Positions 1-12,629 of a DNA stretch of 64,000 bases are shown here, piece by piece. The stretch's first letter is position 1; each line of letters starts with the position of its first letter. The notes beneath the pieces are model-generated. The model was not told the DNA's origin, made no database searches, and saw only the letters and a program-made list of their open reading frames with translations. Location of the stretch: NCBI RefSeq assembly GCF_006345805.1, contig NC_043005.1:37510001-37574000 (forward strand), in the 5' to 3' direction. The position numbers and the translations under genes are program-made. The DNA is from Octopus sinensis. Taxonomy: Eukaryota.

Positions 1-25
1 TGTATATATATGTATATATACGTAT

Positions 26-56
<31 letters not shown>

Positions 57-107
57 CGTATGTATATATATATAAATATATATATATATACGTATGTATA
101 TATATAT

Positions 108-254
108 ATTCAGGAGCATATTCACCATCTGCTTCAATTACTGCTTCCCATTTGCTTGGCAGACGGTCAGACTGTCATATAAAGATGTCTTTGTCAAATA
201 TTGTTATTGTTGAATAAAATTTATTTTAAAAAGCCTCAATAATTATGCACCAAC

Positions 255-260
<6 letters not shown>
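108..260 (-). mobile_element. mariner-family DNA transposon remnant (one TIR plus transposase C-terminus)
   Basis: Minus strand begins TATTGGGTTGGTGCATAATT (mariner-type TIR next to a TA run) and later translates to DRLPSKWEAVIEADGEYAPE*, matching the mariner transposase C-terminal L-P-x-x-W...G-x-Y pattern. Confidence 0.75.
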
Positions 261-302
<42 letters not shown>

Positions 303-825
303 CATGCATGTGTATGTGTGCATTATATCATTGTATTTGTAGGTACATATATATATGCAAATATATGTGTTATGTATATGCATTTATATGTATATATGAT
401 ATATAAGTATGAATACATACACACATGCACACACACACACTCATATACACACACACACATATGTTTTCTTATATTGGAACAAACCCAGCAGTACATATTG
501 ATCCTCATCTAGCAGATATTTTACCCATATAAAGAAGATGAGTCATGTTGGATCACAGATGAAGACCGCCATATTATTTTTAATGGAGTTTCTTCTAGAC
601 CTATGGAATATTGATTTCACATTACTCCATCTAATGATTGCTCTTACTATATTGCAAAACTGCAACTACCCAGCAATTAATTGAATCAATGTGGTTGCAA
701 GCATAAAGTTTCATTTTTAACCGCTGATTTCACTATTTATATAGACAGACATATATATATATACATATGTGTGTGTATGTGTGTATATATATGTGTATGT
801 GTGTGTTTGATATATATATATATAT

Positions 826-975
826 ATGATCTTTCTTTCTCCTATGTTTCCGACGAAGAGCTCCACTCGAAACATCATACCCTCCTTCTTCCCTTCTTTC
901 CTGAGCGCCCAATAATACTTTATTTGTTCCACATCCTCGCGTTGTTGTCTTTTTGTTTTCTTGTTTGGATTAACT
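826..975 (+). mobile_element. Penelope-like element terminal fragment with decayed minimal hammerhead motif (846-880)
   Basis: GTTT-CCGACGA-AGAG-CTCCA-CTC-GAAAC-ATC-ATAC; homologous to 55790-55985 (+) and ~52340-52520 (-). Confidence 0.55.
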
Positions 976-3900
976 TTATTTATATATCTGTGTATGTGTA
1001 TATATACTCAATATATACACCCTCTCTATCTCACATATTACTTTTAATACCTGAATTAACTATAAGATTAGGTAACTGCAATCAAACACACACATACACA
1101 AATACATGCCTGCACACACATGCACACATACACACACACACAATTACATGCACACACATGCATGCAAACATACACACACACACACACACACACACACCAT
1201 CTGTTCATGTCTGCTTTTCCCTACTTGCATGGGTTAGATATCCTTTTTTGGATACAGATTTTCCACAGCTGGATACCCTTTCTGTCACCAACTCTTAATT
1301 TGTTTCTATGCTAATGATGATGATGATGATGATGAATGTAATATCTTTCCCTAGATGAACATGTTTTCTAGAAAGATTTTATTGCTCCCTGTGCTCAACT
1401 TCTACTTATTTTACACTGCTTGTATGATGGTGATGCTTCTTTACAGCTATCACTCGATGATCAGACAAGGAGATATCAACATGCATGCATACATTCACAC
1501 TCATGCATGCACACATACATATGTGACAGGCTTCCACACAGTTTCTGTCATAAAAATTCATTCGTTTGGTCAGCTTAGGACTATAGTAGAAGACTTCTAC
1601 TCAAGATGCCACACAGTGGTTGGGCAGCACCTTTCTCAAGCATATAGCCATGCCTGTGCCTATAATAATGATGTCAATGATATATAAATACACACATGCA
1701 TACACAAATGTATTTTCAAATGCTAAGAATGTTTACATATTTCCCCATTTTTTAATGCCCTAAATATTAATTGAGAAGTGTCAGATTTCTTTGTTATTTC
1801 TGTAAAACAACTTAAGCGGTTTGATTGAGATCATAGTGGGCGTTTTTCATATGGACATAAATAAAGGAATTAGAGAAACCAAAAGAGTGCCTAAATCTGA
1901 TTCCTCCCCCACAACAACATACGTGGTAACATAATTAATTCCAATTTTTGGCAAAGCTAAGTCTTTTTCAAAATGTCAAGAATCCAGAAATGAGTAGCCA
2001 TATCTTATGCTTTGCTGAAATCTATCCAAATAAAGCACATATTTGTCAGTCATTATCTGAAATTTCTGTTTACATAGTTTTCAACTGTTCAGTGTTATTG
2101 TGTATCTAAGGTTCTTTTCCTATCCTTCTGTTATATAACAAACAAACATCACTTTATGTGGGAGATCCTTGTGTATTTTTGAGGCAAGATTCCTGCTGAT
2201 GATTTCTAGAGGAGTTTCAAGCTTGCAATTGGAATAATTTCCTGCCATCTTTCTTTATTAATATAATCTCTGGCTCTCTACATTCTGAGTTCAAATCCCA
2301 CCAGTGTTAAAGTTTCCTTTTATCCTTTTGGGCTCAATAAAATAAAGTATCAAATAAACACTGGGGTTGATAAAATAAGTTGCAGTTTAGTAACGGGGTA
2401 AAATAAGCATCTGTTGAGTCCTGAAATTGACCTAATCAGTAACTCCTACCCACTATAATAGCTGGCTTTGTGCTGGTAATACAAAGAATTGGGCAGCAAG
2501 CAAGTAGAATCCTTAGCAATTCAGACAGATTGCTTAGCAGTATTTCTTTCAGTTCTTCACATTCTGAACTCAAATCCCTCCAATATCAACTTTGCCTTTC
2601 ACCTTTTCTCGGATCATTAAAAATAAAATACCAGTCAAGTACTGGGGTCAATGGATTTGATTTCTCCCTTTCCTTCAAAATTGCTAGCTTTGTGTCAAAA
2701 TTTGAGAATGTGGTGGTGATGACGTTATTACTTTATTTATTTTTGTGATATAAGACACAGGCATGGCTGTACAGTTGTTTACTTTGCAATGATATGGGTT
2801 TTGGTTCAGTATCACAGTATGGCATTGTGAGTGAGTGTATTAGGATCTTGTCTGAGACTGACCAAAGACTTTTGAGTGGATTTGGCTGATGGAAATGCAA
2901 ACCCCTCATATACATGTATGTGTGTGCATGCATATGTGCACTAGTGTTTGTTTACATTTGCATTGCCCCCAAAATCCTTGAGCTACAAACAGTGATGTTA
3001 TCAACAAAATATTTACTATATTTGTACTTTTCAAAACCACAGAGAAAAGATAAATTCCTTACTTCAGAAAGCAGGTAATTATTAGCAACAGGAAGAACAT
3101 CCAACCCTTTAATAATATATTTGCCTGTGGAAAAAAAAAACTGGGGTAAGAAACAGATGCAAAGAAAATAATGAAATTATGAAATATTACTATTTGAAAT
3201 ATATTGCAGCTAACTTTACAGAAATACACTTTTCATTTTGTCTTTCCAATGATATTATGATACAAAAAACAACTAAAGGAATTTTTATCATAATGTTTCA
3301 CATCTGTGTCAGTAGTTAAACTAAAAATAATACATGTGCTCCTTCTGTAAATGCCACCCACACAGCCAGATATCAATCAACATGCAATTGCAAATTTTGC
3401 AACATTTTTTTAATGAATTTTCTTATCTCTCATTCTAGTCTCCTCTCCTACCTAGGCTCTTTCAACTTACCCATTCTTTCCATCTGTTTTCACTAACTCT
3501 CCCTCACTTCCCCCGCCTTTTTCCTTGTATTAACTAATCAATGTTACAGATCAGCTAACAATAATTTGTTATATTGTCTGTTGGGAAGTGTTTCTATTTT
3601 TCCATCACCTTCATAATTTTCCACTTCTCCTTTTATTTTATCTACGTTTCATAAACTAAGTGATCACTCTGTAAATGGCCATTTTTTTTTATATAACAAT
3701 TTCTACAATTCTCCTGATTATTATTTCATCTTTTTCCATTTGTGTATTATCTCATTAGGGTATTGATGAAAGCAATGTACAGTATCAAGATTCACAAATC
3801 TGTCCATTTTATGACTGATCTGAGCCACTGACTTTCAGGCTGCAATGCTGCAAGTTTTTTTTTTTTTTTGTAGTCCTATCATTACCAAATACATACACTT

Positions 3901-4411
3901 ATATACACACAGCATCATTCTCTCATTCTTTCTCTCTTTCTGTTCTCCTCCTGCCTCTAGACCTGGTCTTTACAAGACAAACTTCACCTCCTCCTCTTTC
4001 ATTATGCAGTTCTGTCTTCTCTTTATTATGTAGTTCTGTTCTGATATAATGTATTGCTTTAGAGTAACCGCTATCGTAGTTACAAAAAGGAATTCTTAAC
4101 CCTAACATTAGGAAGGGCATCGAGCCATAGAAACCATGCCAAAACTAACACAGGAGCTCAACACAGTTCAATGGCTCACTGGATCCTGTCGAACCATCTG
4201 ACACATAGCATGGAAAACAGACATTCAATGATAATGATGATTTCACCTTACTGATCACACCTAACCCTTTCATGTGAAGTTCTCACCTCCTAAATAGCAT
4301 ATACAGGTTATTTACATACTATCATTGAAAGGTGAAGAGTTTCATTGTGAACAGTTTCTTATTGTTGATTTTTCATTATTATTTTAAAACAATATTCTTG
4401 AATCAGGAGAC

Positions 4412-4535
4412 TCTTCTTCTTCTTCTTCTTCTTCTTCTTCTTCTTTCTTCTTCTTCTTCTTCTTCTTTTCTTTTCTTCTTCTTCTTTTCTTCTTCTTCTT
4501 CTTCTTCTTCTTCTTCTTCTTCTTCTTCTTCTTCT
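4412..4535. repeat. (CTT)n/(GAA)n polypyrimidine microsatellite
   Basis: Directly visible, slightly interrupted trinucleotide run. Confidence 0.95.
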
Positions 4536-4986
4536 CGATCTTACTTGTTCCTGTTAATTTGTTGGCAAAGATCTCATGGGGTCTCTCAAGGTCTTTTTCT
4601 ACAAATTATAAGGTTTGCTGCCTAGATGTTAAGTGTCATGGAAGATACCCAACACTCATTGTCATCATCATCACTAAGATGGTGAGCTGGCAGAGTAGTT
4701 AGATGTACGCCACCAATGTATCTAATAGAAGTGTCTGTTTTGCCCTTATTAGTTTAACTGTATGTATAGGTGAATGTGTATTTGTTAATTTCTTCTGTTG
4801 TTTATGGCTTTTTCTGGTTCCTTCAATACTGGCTCTTTGAGTCATTGGCAAATTTCACATCAACGCATACAATTCTTTGTTTATCACAAAAAATTTTTAT
4901 TTACTTTCTGCCTGTCATATTAAGAAATATAATTTCTGTTACCCAGTTACTTTCATTGTTTGCTATATTTTGCCCACTTGTATTTC

Positions 4987-5192
4987 GCCTGGCACCTGTG
5001 CAGGTGGCACGTAAAAAGCACCCACTACACTCACGGAGTGGTTGGCGTTAGGAAGGGCATCCAGCTGTAGAAACATTGCCAGATAAGACTGGAGCCTGGT
5101 GCAGCCTTCTGGCTTCCCAGATCCCCAGTCGAACCGTCCAACCCATGCTAGCATGGAGAATGGACGTTAAACGATGATGATGATGATGATGA
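4987..5192 (+). mobile_element. RTE LINE 3' UTR / tail-sharing element, 5'-truncated
   Basis: GGCACGTAAAAAGCACCCACTACACTC...GTTAGGAAGGGCATCCAGC...GGACGTTAAAC(GAT)n; the same sequence type follows the RTE ORF end at 49690-49872. Confidence 0.8.
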
Positions 5193-6084
5193 TGTATATA
5201 AACATGCCTAGAAGGAAAGTGTCAAATTTGTCTTATAATGTCTCTGTCCAGGGAAAGGGAGACAGCTGCAGAAAAGGGAATCATGCCAAGAAACAAACAG
5301 ACTGTGCACAAGGAAAGCCAGAGCATCTTAAAGTGATGAACAGAGGTATGCATGGCTGACAAGGAATAGGATCTCCATTTCAGATTGAAGAGTAGTTGCA
5401 ACAGCTTAGAAAAGCAACTTCTATGAAGCAGTTTTCAATTATGATCTAGCAGTTCATTATGCAGATGACACTAGTGTTTCCATTGGGGCAATGACAACTA
5501 AGTGCATACATTGTAAAACAAGGAAGTGGCCTGGAGAGACACCTGCACTGTATTGCAGTGGGGGAAAGGCTAAACTCCCTGCAATCCCCCAACCTCTAGA
5601 GCCATCAAAGAAACTGTTGTCATCAACTGACCAAGATTTGAAGCACTTCCAAAACAAAATTAGACAATACAACGCTGTACTACAGATGACATCATTTGGA
5701 ACCACAAGAGATTTAACTGCGCCATGATTCATACAAACTTTCAAGATCCAAGGTCAAATTTATCATCGGATTAGCTCTCTACTACCTCTCTCAAATGAAT
5801 CACCAAAATTGTTAATAATCTGTACCTGTTTTTGGTTATGAAATAAGCTAGACAAAATGTGTTTGTGAAATATGTGTGTATTTACTTTATATACATATAC
5901 GTTTTGAAAACTTTCTTTTAACATTTCACTTAACATCTATATTCCATGCTGGCATGGGTTGGAAAGTTATTAATGTAGAAAGTTGGTATCTCAGCTTCTA
6001 GCAGTTGAGACCTGCATAATCTAGACAATGTTTTTAAATTTCATTATTCTCTTTAACCCAGGCAACGCTGGGTATTTCTGCTAG
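5193..6084 (+). mobile_element. Internally deleted, non-autonomous Helitron
   Basis: Degenerate frame ~5426-5812 reads AVFNYDL...SIGAMTTKCIHCKTRKWPGETPALYCSGGKAKLP...HFQNKIRQYNAVLQMTSFG...TFKIQGQIYHRISSLLP, typical of the N-terminal region of Helitron Rep/Hel proteins. The 3' end has hairpin ACCCAG-gcaacg-CTGGGT (6056-6073), then CTAG (6081-6084) and a T flank. The 5' flank is A, but the terminus reads TG rather than TC. Confidence 0.85.
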
Positions 6085-6175
6085 TTTATATATATATATG
6101 TATAAAATCAAATAAAAGCAAATGCGAATATATATGTGTGTGTTTGCAAGAATTTGTGTGTGGGTGTGTGTGTGG

Positions 6176-6223
<48 letters not shown>

Positions 6224-6970
6224 TATATACATACATACACACAATTACAAAAACATGTTTTATATATACATATATGTGTTATATAAATGAATACATTTCT
6301 ATATTTATGAGCATATAAATGTATGCACACGTTCTAAGAAAAATCTATTTTAACACAAACATACATGCATACATACCTACATACATAGAGAAATATATAT
6401 AATTCTAGCAAAACAACATGAGAAATATAAATAGCCAAGTTTGTCAGTGTAGGAAGGAAGGAATCGGTAATGAGTGTCATGTGCACCAAAATTTATCTCT
6501 TACTTGTGTGACAATGAAAGAACCAATAAAAGTTAAGCTTTATAAATGTCCAACTTTTATTTATTTAGACTTTACTACTTGATGTTGCTCATGATGATGA
6601 TGATACTGTTGGTGTACATTGTGGGGAATATGGTAACTGAGTGATGGTAGTGGTTATGTGGATGATTTTTTTCTTTTTGTAGTAAATGATACAAATTTTG
6701 AGTAATGTTTGGTGGTCATGGAGGTGAGTTAGAGGGAGAAGTAATCTTATTGGTTAGGCTGATGTTTACTGTTCTAATTTTAATATTTTATATGCTTTTT
6801 TATGTTTTTTTTCTTCTATATTTGTATATTCATGGTCCCATTGTTGTATAGTTTGTTTGCTTGGAGTTTAGACATTTTATGTACTTTTCTGTATTGAATT
6901 GAAGCATATATAATTTTATCATATATATAAATAAAATATATATATCATACATATGTTATAATATATGATA

Positions 6971-7036
<66 letters not shown>

Positions 7037-7286
7037 CTACATTTATGAGATAATATATATATGATATATATCTATAGATATCTATAATGTATATGTATAT
7101 ATAAGTGCAGGCTGGCTGTGTGATATAAAGTTTGCTTTGGAACCATGTGATTTTGGCTTCAGTCCCACTGCATGCCACCTTGGTCAACAATCTTCTATTA
7201 TAGTCCTGAATCAACCAAAATTTTGTGAATGAAACTGGTAGCTGGAAATTACGTAGAGACTTGTCATATATGTGTGTTTGTGTACA

Positions 7287-7322
<36 letters not shown>

Positions 7323-7674
7323 CTCTCTCTCTTAGTTTTTGTCCACCAGACCCACTGACTAAATTTTATTTGGCTTAGTGCCCAAGGTTCCATGAAGTGT
7401 CACTAAACCACAAACCATTTGGTTGAGGAGCAAAATTCTCAACCTCACAATCATACCCGCACCTATACTGAAACAATAATTGTTTACACAGTCAAGGGAA
7501 TGCAGTATGAATAATATATGCGCAGATATTTTGTTCCAGATATTATTATTGTCAGAAGTATAAAATACTCTGAAATGCAGACCACGAATTCTCTTTTGCA
7601 TTCATTGTTTGATACTGAGTTAAGTACTTTTATTACATGTAGAGCTCTTTTCTATATCCAAGACAGTTCTGTCC

Positions 7675-7720
<46 letters not shown>

Positions 7721-8116
7721 AACAGACAGAGACAGAGAGAAGTATCACAAAAGAAAGAGGTTTTGATGTTGATCCTGCACGACTAAAATCTGACCTAAGT
7801 GAAGCTCATGATTTGACATTTGTGGCTGGTCATATGCATTTGGTACATATAATACCACATGAACAACCTATAGTATTGCTTGATGATTTGTAGGAACACT
7901 GTATTTTCATTTTGCAACCATAATATACTACAAAGTATATCAAAAGCTTTCATAGTCAATACTATGTTCCACTATATTAGCAGTGCTATTAAATTGTATA
8001 AGATTATCTCTACAGATACTCTATAGAAATTATAGCTAGCACTGATTTGTTATGATGTTTCATATCCAACTACATCCAATGTAAAAAACAATTGGATCAA
8101 AGATAGAAAAATAAGT

Positions 8117-8170
8117 AATGAGTGTACATGCTATATTCCAGGAGTTTTTGCTCCTTCATCAGCATTCATC
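8117..8170 (-). ncRNA. Type I hammerhead ribozyme motif, one core mismatch (A13G)
   Basis: Minus: GATGAATG-CTGATGA-AGGAG-CAAAAA-CTCCT-GGAA-TAT-AGC-ATGT-A-CACTCATT. Stem II is 5 perfect bp, stem III 4 bp, stem I 8 bp with one mismatch; GUA triplet. Confidence 0.6.
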
Positions 8171-8434
8171 TAACCCATTAATCATCCATGAACACATTCC
8201 TTGAACAGCCACAAAATATATCAGTGTAACATTATTGGATATACCAATTTTATATATTAAACAAATTTCTGGCTGCTGACATGTACATATAAATGACTTG
8301 TAGAAACACCATATTTCATTAAACAGCCATAATATGCTACAAAGTATAAGTGACTATTGCCAGAAAGTTTTTTGTTACTCATTTTGTGTAGACTTAGTAA
8401 TTCAGTCTCTGTAATTATTTAGGTATGTCTATAA

Positions 8435-8714
8435 AGTCAAATGTCACTAGAAGCTAGGATCACCAAGCATAGATTGGCGTATTTCGGTCATATTATGTGG
8501 AGAAAATCCCTGGAGAAGGACATCATGCTTGAAATGGTCAGTGGCAAGAGAGGAAGAGGCCAACCAAGAACCCACTGGCTTGACACCATCAAGAGTGATA
8601 CCAGAATGGACATAGCCAATCTGAAAGAAGTGGCCCAGGATAGAACTGACTGGAGGACACTGATCCAACGAGTAACCAAGAGTCGACTTCGACTAAGTGG
8701 ATAGATAGATAGAT
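8435..8714 (+). mobile_element. RTE (BovB-like) LINE 3' end
   Basis: ORF 8441-8704 SLEARITKHRLAYFGHIMWRKSLEKDIMLEMVSGKRGRGQPRTHWLDTIK...AQDRTDWRTLIQRVTKSRLRL matches the BovB/RTE ORF C-terminus; (ATAG)n tail follows. Confidence 0.9.
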
Positions 8715-10249
8715 AAAGTCAAACACTTTTTATTTATAATACCATTAGGCTACATAACCCTTCTTGTCCATAACTATGGCTGTAAGTATTAATGTTGATG
8801 GTACAAGCTGTTTGTTGTGTCGTTGACCTTTTAAAGGATTCTTGATAAAATTCCTAACTTCTTTTAAGGGTGGGCCCTCTTCGTTATAGTGAAAGTGTGT
8901 AGCCTAATCATTAGACCAACTCATAATTGCAAAATTATGGTTTTGATTCCCAGATCTGATGGTTCATTGTGTTTTTGATCAAAACACTTTATTTCATGTT
9001 GCACCAGTTCTAAAACCTAAAATAGGTAACGTTAATTCCTCAAGTCATGCCAACTGATAAGGGCCAGTTTCTCAATTTCCATGGTCTGTAAAATCTCCAC
9101 CTGAATGGGATGCCAGTCTGTTGCAAGATTACTCAATTTTGCCAGCTGAGAGGACTGAAGCAACATGAAATGAAGTGTTTTGCTCAAGAACACAACACAT
9201 TGCCTGATCCAGGAATTGAAACCACAATCTTACAATCATGAGTGCAACACCCTAACCATCAAGCCATGCATCTCCACAGCTTCGCACTGGCACCAGTTCA
9301 GCTGTAAATGATTAACCCTACAACAGACTGACATCCTATTCAGGAAAAATGATATGATCCCAGTCAATGATATGCCATACACACCAATTAACTGGCCCCC
9401 ATAAGTCCTAGGGCATAGCACAGTAATATCTAGTAGGGGATTATGTTTTACTCTTCATTATAAACTGGATATTTTATTGTTGTTCTTTTGTCACGACATT
9501 CTCCAAATACCACAGCACTTTTTTGATGAGAATCACAATCCTGAATTAGAGAATTTACTTCTTTGCAACAACAACACAGTTTATTAATTTGTCTTTTACT
9601 AAAGCTAGTAAATTTTTTAGTAAATGGTGGTATCTCTCTAAAAGTTGTGTATATTTTAAGACTTGTTTGTTAACAATATTAGTCTTTCTAAAATCTGTAT
9701 GTTAAGGTCAAATAGTAACCAGGAATATGTAAATACAAGCTTTTTAATAAAGTTTTGGATTCAGATAACTTTTCTTGAGAGCACTGACTTTTCTTTGCAC
9801 AGTCAAACTTTTCTGATTTTTTGTTGTTATTTTAGTTTTCATGTTTATTAATATAACTTCATTTCTTAGCAATTTCTTTTTTGTATTTTTTTTTTTCATA
9901 TTTTACCAGAGTTTTGTATGATTTGGATTCATATTGATTTCTGAGATGATGAGTTATTATTATTGATGAAGAAACATTGAACTATTAACTTTGTATTAGT
10001 AAATCATCATGCTTCCACTAATTCAAACACTGTTTGTCATGTAGCTGGGATGGATTCAAATTCCCTGACCTTTATTTACAATGCTTTTCAATAGTATGCT
10101 ACAACCCCATAAGGCAAATATTTGTCAATTTTAAGTTGTATTTGAACATGAGTTTACTGATGGCAGCCATATTAGAATGAACTTAATGTGAGATTTTCTT
10201 AGTAAAAACTCTTCAGACTGGTTCTTATTTTCTGCAATTATTTGTCTAT

Positions 10250-10330
10250 CATGGCACATGTTCTACCATGGCACATGTTCTACCATGGCACATGTTCTAC
10301 CATGGCACATGTTCTACCATGGCACATGTT
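10250..10330. repeat. 17-bp minisatellite (CATGGCACATGTTCTAC) x ~4.8
   Basis: Four perfect copies plus one partial copy, directly visible. Confidence 0.95.
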
Positions 10331-12578
10331 TTTCTTTTTCATATCATTCATGAGAAAATGGAAAGTATGCGCTATCGTTATTTATGATATTGCTGATCTG
10401 GATGAAGGTTGGATAATTTTAGTTTTATTTGGCCCTTCTAGATTGATGAGATTGTTGCAGTCAGTTTTCAGTTTGAATTTCTATACATTTATGAAAGAAA
10501 AAGTGGTTAAGAAAAGGAATTTCAGAAGAGTTCTGTTTACAGAAAGAATTATTTGTTACTGTGTTTAACAAAGTTTTTAGAGGAACAATATGTAAATCAA
10601 CCAGTTGCTGTAGCATAATCTTTGCCACATAACTGTTTTGCTAGTTTTAGATATTGGCTATGATTTGCAGCAACATCAGAAATATGAGAATAATACATAA
10701 TGCAGGTTGCATATAATTATATATGTGAAAGGCACCTTTGTTGGTGACCATAAAAGATACCCAGTATACTCAATGGAGTGTTTGGCATTAGGAAGGACAT
10801 CCAACTGCTGAAACTAGGCCAAAACAGACTGGAGCTTGGTGCAGCTCTCTGGCTTACCAGTTCCACTTGGTAATATGGCAATATGGAAAATGGATTCTAA
10901 ATCATGATGATGATGAAAGGCTCCTTTTAATTTCCATCTATGAAATCCACTCACAAAGCGTTGGACAGCTCTGGGCTGTAGTAGAAGGCAACAATTATCT
11001 AAACTCAAATGCAGTGGGACTGAACACACAACCATGTAGTTGGTAAACAGACTTATGAACCTCACAGCCATGCCTGCATCTATAATAAAATATTATATAT
11101 ATATGCAATTTGCTGCTATGTATACAAGTATTCTAGTTTAAAGTGGGTTTAAAGCTGATGATAATTAGAGACTCACAGAGTGTAGTATTATTTGGGAAAT
11201 ATGCTTTTGCCATTGTATCAAGAACAACAATGTATCTTCTTAACTACAGCCATAATAAAGCAGAAACATAGTAAGATCCCCGTTTTAACTCTCCAATATC
11301 CTTGTGAGTCTTATATAGGAACCTTCAAGGTTTCTGTATTATAAGACGGGGGTAAATTATGATAGCTGATAACAGACTAAGACTGAATCTTCAAAGTATA
11401 GTGCTTCACCAAAACATAGCACAATGGATGATAAAGTTAACAGCCAAAACCAATTCTTTTGTCAATGATAATAAGGCATCTCAAACTTCAGGTAATATTA
11501 TATAAATATAATTCCTGCAAGAAAAAGGAATAACTATTGTGCATTTCATGTCTAGTATAGTGGATAGCTGCCACGTGTATAAAATAGGTGAGGATGATGT
11601 TGATCATAATATTAATGACAACAGTAAGAATAAAAATGGTTATCACAACAAGAATGATTTTGCATTGTTGCATCAAACCAACTTCACTGATTCTATACAA
11701 ATCCAGAATATTTGATGCCTACTTTAGTCTTTAGGTTATAGGCTGACTTATTTTATGATCTTTTTTCATTTCCTACAGTGTGTATAAACTGAAATCTAGC
11801 AAATATTAGCTCAGTCTTTAATTTTTCTTTTCTCTCTCTTTTTCTCTCTAACGCACACCTCTCACACTTTTTATTTATATTCTATCTCTCCCCCCCCTCT
11901 CTCTCTCTCTACCATGTTTTCCGTTTCTGGGATACAAAGATGATCTTTCATTTTATTAAAGTGATTACCATATACGCAATACAAGTCAATGGAATAACTT
12001 TACCCCTGTAGCTATATATGATATATATATATATTATATCTACAGAGAGAGAGAGAGAGAGAGAGAGAGTAACTACAATGCACAAGACAAGTAATAATAT
12101 CCTTAGCAAAGTTTCTGTTCTTCTACTATCTTCAGTTCCAGACTTCTATATTTCATTTGTTTTTTCTCCTTCCTCAATATTTTCATTTAACTTTTATTGT
12201 CCATTCCAAACACTTTGCTGTTACTATATGATTTCTAATATTAAGAGATTGCCAAGACCCAAAATACTTAATAGGAAGCTGCTTTTCTAGTATCTATATT
12301 TAGAAAGGCAAATGTTAGAGGAAATTGGAAAATGGATCTTCCTTTCTATACATATATTATATCTGTGTGCATGTGTTTACTGATATCATGAATTTATAAG
12401 TTGATACCATCTTAACGGGAACACAAGAAGTGCTATAACTCTAAAATTCCAACAAAAATTCTATAAATTAAATGTCTACATGCAGAAAATTAGATCAGAA
12501 GTGACATACATCAAATCCCATGGCTTCATCTAAAATTTTAGTGAAGTTTCAAGCTATCAGATTGGTAAAAGGTTCTAT

Positions 12579-12629
<51 letters not shown>

